From assembly GCA_043821645.1 (NCBI GenBank), contig JBDRCO010000005.1, forward strand, positions 1 through 54,976: 54,976 nucleotides of DNA. Reading direction: 5' to 3'. Origin of the DNA: Pseudomonadota bacterium (lineage in GTDB: Bacteria > Myxococcota > JACRCW01 > JAFGSX01). Under the pieces are notes generated by a model. It did not search any database, was not told the DNA's origin, and saw only the letters and a program-made list of their open reading frames with translations. This document shows, in pieces, positions 20,026 through 30,999 of this stretch (position 1 is its first letter; each line of letters begins with the position of its first letter). The position numbers and the translations under genes are program-made.

Positions 20026-23000
20026 TCACGAACCCTCGCGCTCCTCTGGCTCTTCGAAGTCCACGGCTCCAGCATCCGTCGGGGTACCTTCGACCGCATC
20101 GGGTCCGAACAGCACCTCGACGTCATGTTCGCGCTGATCGTTGATGAGCTTCAGACCTCCATCCGGCAACACCTTCGCGTCAAGGGTCAGCCGCACCGGG
20201 CCACGGTGGGTCGGCACCTGGGTGAACTCCAGGTGGTAGAAGGTCTGGTAGTAGCGGTAGTGCAGCTTGAACCGTGTCCACGCAGCAGGCACCCGCGGCC
20301 GGAAGCGCAGTGTGTCAACCTTTCGATCGATCCCGAACAGCACCTCGTGGATGAGCCGATACAGCCAGGCTGCGGATCCCGTGTACCAGGTCCATCCTCC
20401 TCGACCGGCGTGCGGGGCCTGGCTGTAGATGTCCGCCGCGAGCACGTAGGGCTCGACCCGATAGCGCTCGACCGCCTCAGGGTCCAGCGCGTGGTTGATG
20501 GGATTGAGCATCGCCACCACCGCTGCAGCCTGCTCGTTGCGTCCTGCCAGCGCCAGCGCCTGGGCCGCCCACACCGCGGCGTGGGTGTACTGCCCGGCGT
20601 TCTCTCGCACCCCTGGCGGGTAGCCCTTGATGTAGCCGGGCTCCAGGGCGGAGTCCGCGAAGGGCGGGTCGAACAGCTGGACCAGCTGGAGATCCTGACG
20701 CACCAGCCTATCCCACAGCGAATCCAGTGCCCGTCGTCGGTGCTCCGGATCACCAACGCCGGTGATGGTGGCCCAGCTCTGGGGCAGCGAGTCGATCTGA
20801 CACTCGCTGTTTTGTGCCGAGCCCAGAGGCTCGCCGCTGTCGAAGTAGGCGCGCCGGAACCACTGGCCATCCCAGGCGTGCCGGTCAATCTGTGTCGCGA
20901 GCTCGCTGGCGCTGAGCACATACCGCGCCGCACCCGCCTCGTCTCCTCGTCGCTGCGCCAACACTGCGAACGTCGTCAACACCTCGTGAAGGAAGAACCC
21001 GAGCCACACACTCTCTCCCTGCCCGAGATGACCGACCCTGTTCATCCCGTCGTTCCAGTCCCCGCTGCCCATCAGTGGCAGATTGTGTGCGCCGAGCCTC
21101 AACCCGTGCTGCACGGCCCGCGTGCAGTGCTCGTAGAGCGTCCCGGTCTGGTCAGAGCGGCCGGGCAGATCGTAGTAGCTCTCCTCGCCATCGTTGAGCA
21201 CGCGGCCGGTCAGATAGGGGATCTGCACGTCCAGCACGCCGGTGTCGCCGGTGAAGGCCACATACCGAGCCACCGCGTACGGCAACCACAGGTAGTCGTC
21301 CGAGCAGTGGGTGCGCACCCCGCGCCCGCCGGGCGGGTGCCACCAGTGCTGCACGTCTCCCTCGACAAACTGGTGCTCGGCGCAGCGCAGGAGGTGCTGC
21401 CGGGACTGGTCCGGCACTTCGTGCAACAGCGCCAGGCAATCCTGAAGCTGATCGCGAAAGCCGTACGCGCCACCCGACTGGTAGAAGCCGCTCCGGCCCC
21501 ACAACCGGCACGCCAGCACCTGATAGGGCAGCCATCCGTTCGCCAGCACGTTGAGGGCAGCGTCGGGAGTCTCGACGTAGAGAACGCCCAGGGTGTCTTT
21601 CCAGAACTTCCAGACCTGCTCCAGGGCGACGCGCGCGGCCGCTACGCTGCGGTGGCCCTTGACCAGTGCGACGGCCTCGGCGGTGCTGTCCGCTGCGCCA
21701 AGAACAAACACGATCTCCCGCTCGGCCCCCTCGGCCAGCTCGACCTGGACCTGCATCGCGGCACAGGGATCCAGGCCCGGCCCTAGCCTCCCGGACAGCT
21801 GTCGCAAGCGAAGCAACGCCGGGTTCGCCGGGTCGCCGTTGCGTCCCAGGATCTCCGCGCGATCGCCGCTGACACTGCGCACCGTTTCGCTGCAGTCCAG
21901 GAAGGCAACAGAGTTGGCGAAGGCGCCGTTGTAGGGGTTGCGCGCGAGGACCGCACCGGTCAGCGGCTCGAGCTCAGTGACGACGTGCATGGCCTGTCGC
22001 GGACGGAGATCGCCCAGCACCAGATCGACGGAGACGAAGACGCTGAGTGTGCGGCGACGCGTGCTGTTGTTCTTGATCTTCAGCGCCAGGATCTTCACCG
22101 GGGCGGCCACCGCCACGTAGGTCGTCAGCTCCGTCGCCAGCCCGTCCTCGCTGTGTTCGAAGACGCTGTAGCCGAAGCCATGGCGACAGGCATACGCGGT
22201 GTCGCTCGATCGTGGCCAGGGCATGGGGCTGAAGAACCGTCCGCTGGGCTCGTCGCGAAGGTACAGGACCTCGCCGCTGGGATCGCTGACCGGGTCGTTG
22301 TTCCATGGCGTCAGGCGGCCCAGCTGGGCATTGCCGTACCAGGTGTATGCGCTGCCGCTCTCGCTGACGACCGTGCCGAGTCGTGGGTTGGCGATGACGT
22401 TCACCCAGGGCGCGGGCGGATGACGGCCTGGTGGCAGGTCGACGATGTACTCGCGGCCGTCCCGCGTGAACCCACCGCTGCCGTTGGCGAAGATCAGATC
22501 CTCGCGACGAGATCGTGGGGCAGGGTCCGCCTCGGCCGCGAGCGTCTGACGCCGCGGCGCCAGTAATGAGGTCCGTGCGGGTACCATGGCTCGCTGCCAG
22601 CGTTCGAGTTGCGACTCGAGTGGACCGTCGGTATCGCGCATCACGATCCGGGCCACGGCCTGCAGCAACACCCGGTCCTCCTCGGGGAAGCTGTCGATGT
22701 GCCGCACGAACACACCCCCAGGCCGGTCCACCAGCTGCGCGTCCGCACTGGCAGCTACAAGTCCGAGAAGCTGGTCGTTGAGCACGCGCCGGTAGCCCGA
22801 GGCGTCCTCGTTCCAGATCACCAGATCGGCCGCCAGGCCCCGCATGCGCCAGTAGGCATGCGCCCGCAGCAGGTCGCGCACCAGCGGCAGGTGGTCGGCG
22901 TCGCTGACCCGCAGCAGCACGATGGGGAGATCGCCCGAGATCGCGTAGCTCCACAGCCCGGACTGACCCTTGCGGTTGCGACGCAGGATGTTGCCCGAGG

Positions 23001-26000
23001 CGCGGCATGCGCGAACCGGGAAGATCACTGCCGACGCCAGCTGCTCGTAGTGCAGGGCATCGGTTTCACTGGCGCCCAGATGACCCAGCACGGCCCTGCT
23101 ATGGGTCGCCGCGACCTCGAACACGCGATCGGCCATGCGGCGATCCTGGTACTTCGCGACAAGCAGCATCGCTGCCTCGCGGGTCGGCGCAGCACCGATG
23201 ATCAGGTCGAGCTGCGCGCTGCCGTCGACCGCCAACTCGACTGTCCGCCGGAGCGCGGCACAAGGATCCAGCACCGCGCCCGCGGTTCCCGTCAGTGGAC
23301 CCCAGTCCTCGAGGCCTGCGGGTTGATGCGCGCTGCGCCCCCTGCCGATGAAGCGCCCGCGGTCTGTCTCGTAGCTGCAGGGACCCGCCTCCTCGCCGGA
23401 GGCCAACAGCAGGCAGAACATCCAGGGAGGATGCTCTTCGCTCGAGTGTGGGCGACGCGTCATCAGGATGGCGCTGTGCTCCGGCACCCACTCCGCGACC
23501 ACGAACAGATTGCTGAACACCCGGTGCATCGCATCGCTCACGCCAGGTGCGAGCACGATCTCGGTGTAGCTGGTGAGCAGCAGCGTGCGGGCGGTCAACG
23601 AGCGATTGGTCAGCTTGACGCGACGGATCTCGAGATCGTCCTCGGTCGCGACTGCGATCTCGGTATGTGTCTCGACGTGATCATCCTGGCGGCGAAACTC
23701 CGCGCGCCCGGGGGTGAACACCGCCTCGAAGCGTCGGCCCGCGCGCAGTGTCGGCTGGAAAGCACTCGACCAGTGGCGACGAGAGCCGACATCGCCGATG
23801 AAGCAGAACACCCCCAGCGACTCGGCGGTGGGGTCCTCCTGCCAGCGGGTGAGCGCCAGGTCGTTCCAGCGGCTGTAGCCGCCGCCGGCGGCGGAGACCA
23901 TCACGTGGTAGTGCCCGTTCGACAGCAGGTGCACCTCGGGCACGGCTGTGTTCGGGTTGGTGCACCGACGCAGCACCGGGTTCGCCGCCCGACCCGGGAC
24001 CCGCCGCGAGGCCTGGGCCTCCCGCGCGTGCGGATGAATCAGCGCGCTCGCCTTGGGAATCCGCTCCTGCAGCAGCAGGCTCGCCGCCCGGAGATCGGGA
24101 TTGCTCTGGAACCGGGCCTGCATGCGTGGACCCAGCACGGTCTGGCCCAGCGCCAGCAGACTCATGCCGTGGTGGTGCGCCATGAACGCCTGCACCACCG
24201 TGGCGCGCTCGCCCTTGTCGACCCGGACGGGGGTGAAGTCGATCGCCTCGTAAAATCCGTAGGGGCCCAGGTAGTCCGCGTCGGCCAGGCGATGCAGGTT
24301 GGCGACCGCGCGCGGCGCGTCGACCAGCAGGGCCAGCACCGAGGCGTAGGGCGCCACCACCACGTCGTCGCTGAGCCCGCGCTGCAGGCCGAGCCCCGGC
24401 ACCCCGAAAGCACGGTACTGGTAGGTGCCCTCAGCGTCGGTGACGTTGTAGCAGGACTCGGAGATCCCCCACGGCACCCCGCGCTGCCGTCCGTACTCCA
24501 CCTGGCGCGCCACCGCCGCGTCGCAGGTCTGGTCCAGCAGCGTGCCCTTGAAACCAGGCATCACAAGCAGCGGCATCAGGTACTCGAACATCGAGCCGCT
24601 CCAGCTGAGCAGTACCTGCCTGCCGCGCGCCGTCGTCAGGCGGCGACCCAGCGCGAACCAGTGGTCGAAGGAGATCTGGCCCGAGGCGATGGCCAGGAAG
24701 CTCGCCAGCCGCGCCTCCGACGCCAGCAGGTCGTAGAAACTGTTGTCCAGTCGACGCTCCGTGGCCCAGTAGCCGATGGCCAGCAGCTTGCGCCTGGGGT
24801 CATACAGAAACGTGAACTCCGCATCTGTCAGGCCCAGGCAACGCTGCGCCAGCGCCTCGATCTGGCGCAACCGCGACGCGATGCGCTGCGCACCGAGCTC
24901 GACCGCAGCGGTCAGGTCCGGTGCAGCACTGCCGGAGGGCATCGTGCGGAGAGACTCCGCCGCGTTCTGTGACAGCTCGCCGAGCCGCTGCAGACTGCGT
25001 GCCCTGTCCAGCTCGACCACCAGGTGCCCGGGGGCTCCCTCGAGCAGCCCGGACACGCACTCCAGCCACGGCGCCATCTCGAGCAGATCGGCCCGCAGGG
25101 CCTGCACCTGGCGCTCGAAGGCATTCGCCCACCAGGAGGCCTCGGGCTGCTGCTCATGGTCATAAGCGGCGACCAACCGTGAGGCCGCAGACGCGAGCTC
25201 TGCCAGCCAGATCCCGGTGGCTGACAGCGTGTCGGCCGGCTCTCGCAAGAGCTGCTGCACCGACTCCAGACTGTTGCTCGGGCCACCTTGCACGGTCAGG
25301 ACCTGCAGGGTGTCGCGCAGCCCCTCCAGGGCTCCTGCCGGCAGCAGGGGACTCTCCACCAGCTCAAGCAGACCACTGCGCAACACCCGCGCGTGCCCGA
25401 CCAGATTGCCGCTGTCGACGGTGGAAATGTAGAAAGGCCGCAGCGCCTTGCGCGTGCCGGTGTCGTACCAGTTGAAGAAGTGCCCGCGATGGCGTTCCAG
25501 CTGCTCCATCGATTCGAGGGCGCGGCTGGTGCGCTCGAGCACCTGGCCCGTGCTGAGGTATCCCAGGTCGTGCGCGGCCAGGTTGGACAGCAACGCCAGC
25601 CCCATGTCCGTCGGGCTGGTGCGATGGGCGATGCGGGGACCGTCGGGATCCTGAAAATTATCCGGCGGTAGCCAGTTCTCCTGCGGCCCGGCAAAGACCT
25701 CGAAGTAGCGCCAGGTCAGCCTGGCGATCCGGCGCAGGAAACGCACATCGTCCGCGCCAAGGTCTGAGGTGATCGAAGGCCGCGGTCGACTGACCCACCA
25801 GGCCACCAGCGGCGACACCAGCCACAGCAGCAGCACCGGACCTGCCGCAACTCTGGCCTGCGGCACACCCGTCGCGAGCAGCATCGCTCCGAGCGAGATG
25901 GCCAGGGCGGGGCCCACCCACATCCGCCGCAGCACGCGGCCGAGGCCCGCAGTCACCACGCTCTCCACCGCCGCGGCAGTTTGCCACTCGAGCAGGTGCT

Positions 26001-28782
26001 GGCGGCTGAACAGCATGCGCCACAGCGAGCGCCCGGCGGCATCGAACGCCACCACCGCCTCGAAGGGGAGGAAGGTCAGCCACAGGGTGAGCTTGGTCAG
26101 CCGTCGTGCGGTCGCTCGGGCCACGCTGGTCAACTGTCGCCACAGCTGTAGCTTGTGTGGACGCTGCCAGAACTCGGCGAGCCCGGGCAGCATCTCGGGG
26201 ACGAACAGCAGCGACAGCACTCCCAGCGTCCAGGGGAGGGGGGCGGGTAGCACGATCCACCCCACCACCAGCAGGACGGTGAAGGCAGGCGCCACCAGGG
26301 CCCGGCGCAGGTTGTCGAAGATCTTCCACCACCCCAGCAGGGCGATGGTTGACCGACCCCGCTGACCCGCGGCATCGCGAACCCAGGGCCCCAGCCACGG
26401 AACGATCTGCCAGTCGCCGCGCATCCAGCGGTGACGGCGGCTGACGTCAGCCAGATATCCCGAGGGTGCGTCCTCGAGCAGCTCGACGTCGCTGCACTGG
26501 CCCGAGCGCGCGTAGCAGGACTCCAGCAGATCGTGGCTCAATACCGTGTTGTCCGGGAACCTCCCGTCCAGCAGCTCGCGAAAGGCACTCACGTCGTACA
26601 GACCCTTGCCGATGAACGACGTCTCGGCGAAGAGGTCCTGGTACAGATCCGAGACCAGGCGAGTGTAGGGGTCGAGGCCCACCTCTCCCGCCAGCAGCCT
26701 TGCGTAGGTACTCTGGGCAGCACTGCGCAGCGTGATGCTGACGCGCGGCTGCAGGATCGCGTAGCCGCGGACCAGGCGCTGGCGCTTCGAATCCATCAGC
26801 GGTCGATTCAGGGGGTGGGCGGCGGCCCCCACCAGTCGCCAGCCTGCGCCCCACGGCAGGTCGGTGTCCGTGTCCAGGGTGATGACATAGCGGATCGAGG
26901 TGAGCTGCGAGGTGTCCCCCACGATGCGGCTGAAGCGCGCCCCGTCGTCGGCGCACAGCAGCGCGTTGAAGTCCTCGAGCTTGCCCCGCTTGCGCTCGCG
27001 ACCCATCCAGCATCCCTGCTTCGGGTTGTGCTGCCGCGGCCGGTGAAACAGGAAGAAGCGGCCACCCGCCCCGTTGACGTACCTGCGATTGAGCGCCTCG
27101 ATGCCGTTTGCCGCCAGCGCCAGCAGCGCGGCGTCGTCATCGAGGTGCTCCCGAGGCGCGTCGACCAGATCAGTGAGCAGCCCGAACCACAGGTTCGGAT
27201 CGCGGTTGGCCAGGTGGCGAAGCTCCAGGCCCTCGAGCATCCCGGCGATGTGCTCGGGGGTCGAGAGCATGGTGGGGACGGCGACGATGGTGCGGCTATC
27301 GTCGGGGATGCCGTGCTCGAAGTCCATCCGGGGCAAGGCCCGGGGGCGTCGCAGGACAGCGGCGAACCAGTTCACCATGGCGATGGCGCACTGGGATGCC
27401 GCCACCGCCGCACAGAACATCAGCAGGGGCCAGGCGATCGTGGTGGACCACGACGACAGCCGGGCCAGCCCCACGACGACGGCGGTCGAGAACAGCGTGA
27501 TCAGTCCGAGATAGGCCGCCAGCTTCAGTCCCCGAGGCAGCCAGCGCGGCGCCAGCGACGTCGCGCGCCGCCCACGCAGTGCGCGTGCGAGATGCAGCAT
27601 CCCGTCATCGATCAGCAGATAGCCGACGTGCCCTGCCACATCGTCGCGCTGCGCCGCATGGTGAACCGCGGCAAGCTCCACCGCGGTCCGGGCCACCGCC
27701 TCCTCATCCAGATGAAACCGCCGCGCCAGGCCCTCGACCACATGCCGGTAGGTATCCCGGGTCGTGAAATCCATCTGCCCGTACACGCCCGCGGGATCGC
27801 CCCTCAGGATCTCCTCGGTGGCGCTGTGCGCCTCGACAAAACGGTGCCACTCGGTGGCATTGACCAGCCTGAGACTGGCGATGCTATTTGCCATCGAGGA
27901 CTGGCTGGCGGCCTGGCTCTGGCTCTCGGCGCGCACCACCGCCTCGATGGTCTGACCTTGCTCGGTGAGCCGCTGCTCCAGCCACGCCAGCACGAAGGTG
28001 GTGGTGGCGCCGCGTCCCTGCAGCGCCTCGGTGAACTGGGCGACGAAGGCCGTCGACAGGGGCGGACCGGCGCGCACCATGTCCGCGAGGACCATCAGTG
28101 CACTTTCGTGCTTGTCCGAGGGCGCATCGATTCGCTTCGCCCAGTCCAGGGCGTGGTCGCGATGGGTTCGCCGCCAGCTCATGTTCACCGCGGCCCGGCG
28201 CAGGTTCTCGATCAGGGCCAGCCGCAACATGATGGGCACCGACCACAGCTCTCCCAGCGTCAGATGGGTGACCGACTGGTAGGCCGCCACGTACCGGGAC
28301 AGGGCCTCGTCATCCACCCGCCCATCGACGTGCGCGATGAAATCCTGGATCAGGGCATAGACCCGGGGCAGGCCCGCCTGGTTCCCGTTTGCCAGCCGCG
28401 GCAGCTGACGACTGTAACCACGCGGAAGATGTGTACGCGCCAGAGAGATCTGCTCTTCGATGAGATAGTGATTGTCGAGCAGCCACTCTGCGGCGGGGGT
28501 CAAACGGCTCCCGGCCGAATGCGCCCTGGACATCAGGTCGTGGCAGCGAGAGATCACCCGCTGTGTGTCGGCAAGGCGCCCGAGAAGCCGGTCGCGTCCA
28601 CGACGGTGTCCAGGTTTCTGGCTGACCCCGAGCGCCCGGGCGTGCAGCTCCAGCTGCTCGATGGCGAACACCGCCTCACCGTTCAGCGGCTCCGCCTCAC
28701 TCTCGTGGTACAGACCTTCGGCCCAGCGGACGAGGCCTGCCGAGGGAATCAGCTCTGGCGTCAGCGACGATCGAAAGATCAT
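20026..28782 (-). CDS. ndvB: Cyclic beta-1,2-glucan synthase (Cgs/NdvB/ChvB type) with C-terminal GH94 phosphorylase region, 2918 aa
   Basis: AAEWLLDNHYLI, ERKRGKL, VITLDTDT, SHDLLE, RRHRWMRGDWQ, LPPDNFQ, YDLLASEARL, WSGSMFEYLMP, WGISES, RSGFYQSGGAYGFRDQLQD, GDWNDGMN, ENAGQYTH, GGWTWYTGS. Confidence 0.93.
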   Translation of the reverse strand: MIFRSSLTPELIPSAGLVRWAEGLYHESEAEPLNGEAVFAIEQLELHARALGVSQKPGHRRGRDRLLGRLADTQRVISRCHDLMSRAHSAGSRLTPAAEWLLDNHYLIEEQISLARTHLPRGYSRQLPRLANGNQAGLPRVYALIQDFIAHVDGRVDDEALSRYVAAYQSVTHLTLGELWSVPIMLRLALIENLRRAAVNMSWRRTHRDHALDWAKRIDAPSDKHESALMVLADMVRAGPPLSTAFVAQFTEALQGRGATTTFVLAWLEQRLTEQGQTIEAVVRAESQSQAASQSSMANSIASLRLVNATEWHRFVEAHSATEEILRGDPAGVYGQMDFTTRDTYRHVVEGLARRFHLDEEAVARTAVELAAVHHAAQRDDVAGHVGYLLIDDGMLHLARALRGRRATSLAPRWLPRGLKLAAYLGLITLFSTAVVVGLARLSSWSTTIAWPLLMFCAAVAASQCAIAMVNWFAAVLRRPRALPRMDFEHGIPDDSRTIVAVPTMLSTPEHIAGMLEGLELRHLANRDPNLWFGLLTDLVDAPREHLDDDAALLALAANGIEALNRRYVNGAGGRFFLFHRPRQHNPKQGCWMGRERKRGKLEDFNALLCADDGARFSRIVGDTSQLTSIRYVITLDTDTDLPWGAGWRLVGAAAHPLNRPLMDSKRQRLVRGYAILQPRVSITLRSAAQSTYARLLAGEVGLDPYTRLVSDLYQDLFAETSFIGKGLYDVSAFRELLDGRFPDNTVLSHDLLESCYARSGQCSDVELLEDAPSGYLADVSRRHRWMRGDWQIVPWLGPWVRDAAGQRGRSTIALLGWWKIFDNLRRALVAPAFTVLLVVGWIVLPAPLPWTLGVLSLLFVPEMLPGLAEFWQRPHKLQLWRQLTSVARATARRLTKLTLWLTFLPFEAVVAFDAAGRSLWRMLFSRQHLLEWQTAAAVESVVTAGLGRVLRRMWVGPALAISLGAMLLATGVPQARVAAGPVLLLWLVSPLVAWWVSRPRPSITSDLGADDVRFLRRIARLTWRYFEVFAGPQENWLPPDNFQDPDGPRIAHRTSPTDMGLALLSNLAAHDLGYLSTGQVLERTSRALESMEQLERHRGHFFNWYDTGTRKALRPFYISTVDSGNLVGHARVLRSGLLELVESPLLPAGALEGLRDTLQVLTVQGGPSNSLESVQQLLREPADTLSATGIWLAELASAASRLVAAYDHEQQPEASWWANAFERQVQALRADLLEMAPWLECVSGLLEGAPGHLVVELDRARSLQRLGELSQNAAESLRTMPSGSAAPDLTAAVELGAQRIASRLRQIEALAQRCLGLTDAEFTFLYDPRRKLLAIGYWATERRLDNSFYDLLASEARLASFLAIASGQISFDHWFALGRRLTTARGRQVLLSWSGSMFEYLMPLLVMPGFKGTLLDQTCDAAVARQVEYGRQRGVPWGISESCYNVTDAEGTYQYRAFGVPGLGLQRGLSDDVVVAPYASVLALLVDAPRAVANLHRLADADYLGPYGFYEAIDFTPVRVDKGERATVVQAFMAHHHGMSLLALGQTVLGPRMQARFQSNPDLRAASLLLQERIPKASALIHPHAREAQASRRVPGRAANPVLRRCTNPNTAVPEVHLLSNGHYHVMVSAAGGGYSRWNDLALTRWQEDPTAESLGVFCFIGDVGSRRHWSSAFQPTLRAGRRFEAVFTPGRAEFRRQDDHVETHTEIAVATEDDLEIRRVKLTNRSLTARTLLLTSYTEIVLAPGVSDAMHRVFSNLFVVAEWVPEHSAILMTRRPHSSEEHPPWMFCLLLASGEEAGPCSYETDRGRFIGRGRSAHQPAGLEDWGPLTGTAGAVLDPCAALRRTVELAVDGSAQLDLIIGAAPTREAAMLLVAKYQDRRMADRVFEVAATHSRAVLGHLGASETDALHYEQLASAVIFPVRACRASGNILRRNRKGQSGLWSYAISGDLPIVLLRVSDADHLPLVRDLLRAHAYWRMRGLAADLVIWNEDASGYRRVLNDQLLGLVAASADAQLVDRPGGVFVRHIDSFPEEDRVLLQAVARIVMRDTDGPLESQLERWQRAMVPARTSLLAPRRQTLAAEADPAPRSRREDLIFANGSGGFTRDGREYIVDLPPGRHPPAPWVNVIANPRLGTVVSESGSAYTWYGNAQLGRLTPWNNDPVSDPSGEVLYLRDEPSGRFFSPMPWPRSSDTAYACRHGFGYSVFEHSEDGLATELTTYVAVAAPVKILALKIKNNSTRRRTLSVFVSVDLVLGDLRPRQAMHVVTELEPLTGAVLARNPYNGAFANSVAFLDCSETVRSVSGDRAEILGRNGDPANPALLRLRQLSGRLGPGLDPCAAMQVQVELAEGAEREIVFVLGAADSTAEAVALVKGHRSVAAARVALEQVWKFWKDTLGVLYVETPDAALNVLANGWLPYQVLACRLWGRSGFYQSGGAYGFRDQLQDCLALLHEVPDQSRQHLLRCAEHQFVEGDVQHWWHPPGGRGVRTHCSDDYLWLPYAVARYVAFTGDTGVLDVQIPYLTGRVLNDGEESYYDLPGRSDQTGTLYEHCTRAVQHGLRLGAHNLPLMGSGDWNDGMNRVGHLGQGESVWLGFFLHEVLTTFAVLAQRRGDEAGAARYVLSASELATQIDRHAWDGQWFRRAYFDSGEPLGSAQNSECQIDSLPQSWATITGVGDPEHRRRALDSLWDRLVRQDLQLVQLFDPPFADSALEPGYIKGYPPGVRENAGQYTHAAVWAAQALALAGRNEQAAAVVAMLNPINHALDPEAVERYRVEPYVLAADIYSQAPHAGRGGWTWYTGSAAWLYRLIHEVLFGIDRKVDTLRFRPRVPAAWTRFKLHYRYYQTFYHLEFTQVPTHRGPVRLTLDAKVLPDGGLKLINDQREHDVEVLFGPDAVEGTPTDAGAVDFEEPEEREGS

Positions 28783-28846
28783 GGCCTGAAATCGGGGCTG
28801 TTGCTGCCACCGCTTCCCGCCTGCAGCCTGTGACCCGTTCGCGGAC

Positions 28847-30076
28847 TCATGCCTGGTGCTCCCCCCGAGAGGCGGTCGAAGGCGGGTCCTGGTTCTGCTG
28901 CGTCAGGGACTGGTCCTGCGACGCCAGGCGCTGGTCGCGGCTGGCGAGCACGCGGCCGATGGCATCGGCCAGGCGCGCCACCAGGCGCCCGAGAGGGTCG
29001 AGCAGCCAGCGGTGGATGCGCGAACTCGCCTCTACCGACGTCATCACCCGCGAGCGCGTGAAATGATCCTGTATCCAGGCCTCGCCCTGCGCGACGATGC
29101 GCGCGTCCGCGACCTCCACCAGCACCTCCAGGTTGGCGAGGGAGAACGGGTCCAGGTTGAAGCTGCCCACCAGCAGCCGGCGCCCATCGACGGTCGCCAC
29201 CTTGGCGTGCAGCACCGAGCCGCTCCACTCGTGGATGTGGACACCTGCCGCCAGCAGCCGGCGGTACAGACTCCTGGTAGCCGCGCGGGCAAAGGGCACG
29301 TCGCTGCGACCGGCGAGCAGCAGGCGAACCTCGACGCCACGTCGCGCCGCCGCGGTGATGGCCCGCACCACGCCGCGGTCCGGCAAGAAGTAGCCATGCG
29401 CCACGTGGATGCGCTGCTGCGCGCTGGCGAAGGCCTGGATGTAGCGCCGCCGCAGGCGCCAGCCCCCACCCAGGCCTGACAGATCGATGCGCAACAAACT
29501 CGAGATCGGGCGCTGCCGCTCCCGCCGAATCATCTGGCCCAGGTGCACGCACTGCGGGCCGCGGATCTCCAGTGCCAGGTCCGCCCAGCCCGGCCGCAGT
29601 CCCTTGTGGAGGTTCTCGTCACCGATGTTGATGCCACCGAGAAACGCCACCTCGTCGTCGACCAGCAAGATCTTGCGATGGTTGCGACCGAAGCGGCCGA
29701 TGAGCATGGCGCGCAGGCGGTTGTAGATCCGCACCGTGCACCCGGCCTGGCGCAGGCTCGCCGCGACGCTGCGTCCACCACGAGCAGAGCCCCAGCCGTC
29801 GATGAGCACCAGCACGGTCACGCCACGACGAGCCGCCTGTCCCAGGTCCTCGATGAAGCGAGCGCCCATCCCCGTGGGCGAGAAGGAGTACACCTCCAGG
29901 TGCACGCTGTGCCGTGCTCCCGCGATGGCCTGCAACATGCGAGGGTAGGCCTGTTCTCCCCCGTCGAGCAGGTCCACGGCCTCGATGGCCGGTCCCTGGG
30001 ACAGGCTGAACACCTGCCGCTCGCGCCCACCAGAGCGCCGGTGCAGGATGGTTGCGCGGAGTTCACGCATGTTCAT
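28847..30076 (-). CDS. Cardiolipin synthase ClsB-like phospholipase D
   Basis: Two HKD motifs: NHRKILLVDD..GGINIG and LHAKVATVDG..GSFNLD. No N-terminal TM helices. Start uncertain (30076 or 30070). Confidence 0.85.
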   Translation of the reverse strand: MNMRELRATILHRRSGGRERQVFSLSQGPAIEAVDLLDGGEQAYPRMLQAIAGARHSVHLEVYSFSPTGMGARFIEDLGQAARRGVTVLVLIDGWGSARGGRSVAASLRQAGCTVRIYNRLRAMLIGRFGRNHRKILLVDDEVAFLGGINIGDENLHKGLRPGWADLALEIRGPQCVHLGQMIRRERQRPISSLLRIDLSGLGGGWRLRRRYIQAFASAQQRIHVAHGYFLPDRGVVRAITAAARRGVEVRLLLAGRSDVPFARAATRSLYRRLLAAGVHIHEWSGSVLHAKVATVDGRRLLVGSFNLDPFSLANLEVLVEVADARIVAQGEAWIQDHFTRSRVMTSVEASSRIHRWLLDPLGRLVARLADAIGRVLASRDQRLASQDQSLTQQNQDPPSTASRGEHQA

Positions 30077-30161
30077 GGCACCGCGAAAGGGAGTGCACAG
30101 ATCTCGATCACCCTGCCGAGGCGGCAACATGCCGCGAGCCCGGTCCAGATGCGCAGCCAGC

Positions 30162-30908
30162 TCATGCGGCCTCTTCCTGCGAAGGCCCGGCCGCATCACC
30201 TCCCAGGTCGACGAGCAAGACCTCCGTCTCCTCGCGGGCGGTGATGGACACCGAGGGCTCCGCCACCACACCAATCCCATCCCCTGTGACGAGAACAAGA
30301 TCGCCGAAGGTCAGCTCGCCGTGGACCACGTGCAACCAGGCGCTCCGGCCGGGCAACAACTCGTGGACCACGTGCAGTCCAGGCTCCATGAGGGCCGAGT
30401 AGGCCAGGGCATCCAGGTGCAGCCGCAGCGAACCGCTCCGGTTGTCTGGAGAAGAGATGATGCGCAGTCCTTTTCGACGGTCCGCGACGCTGAACCGATT
30501 CTGTTGCTGGCCTGGCTCGCGCCAGGATTGCTGCAGCTGCAACCAGATCTGGAAGAAATGCACCTCGTCGCTGCGCGACGCGTTGGTCTCCCTGTGACGG
30601 ACGCTGCGTCCCCCTGTCCGCTGCTGAAACTCACCGGCATGCAGGACCCCTGAGCTCCCCGTCGAGTCCTCGAAGGCGAGAGAGCCCTCGACGACATAGG
30701 TCAGAACCTCGGTGGCCACCTGGGGCGGCTGTTCAAGGGAACCACCCGGTGGCAGGCGGCACTCGGTGAACCGGCGCAGGGCGCCAAAGCCATCTGCGCT
30801 CGGTGCCGCGCCGAGCTCTGGCGCGAAGCTGAGCCAGGACTCCGACCTGCGGCGGCGCGTCGGGATGCGTTCGTGGTGTCGCTCGGAGGCCCTGCGCAGC
30901 GTGATCAT
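30162..30908 (-). CDS. Pirin-family bicupin lacking the N-terminal metal-binding His pair
   Basis: MITLRRASER start, EVLTYVVEGSL..DSTG, VRHRETN, FFQIW, SAWLHVVHG, EVLLVDL. Confidence 0.85.
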   Translation of the reverse strand: MITLRRASERHHERIPTRRRRSESWLSFAPELGAAPSADGFGALRRFTECRLPPGGSLEQPPQVATEVLTYVVEGSLAFEDSTGSSGVLHAGEFQQRTGGRSVRHRETNASRSDEVHFFQIWLQLQQSWREPGQQQNRFSVADRRKGLRIISSPDNRSGSLRLHLDALAYSALMEPGLHVVHELLPGRSAWLHVVHGELTFGDLVLVTGDGIGVVAEPSVSITAREETEVLLVDLGGDAAGPSQEEAA

Positions 30909-30999
30909 TGAATCACGGCGAGCGTGCGCTCACCTTCTCGTAGGACGCGCCATCCTTGTCGAGGTGGACGTTCACAAGCTGCGCTGGAGTGCATGACAT

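Noticed and set aside
26431-28833. Long alternative-frame or antisense ORFs (also 605-2803, 4260-6188, 11768-13684, 22609-24972, 37002-38903, 38674-40494)
   Set aside because: They overlap well-supported genes, lack motifs, and are expected from stop-codon scarcity in high-GC DNA.
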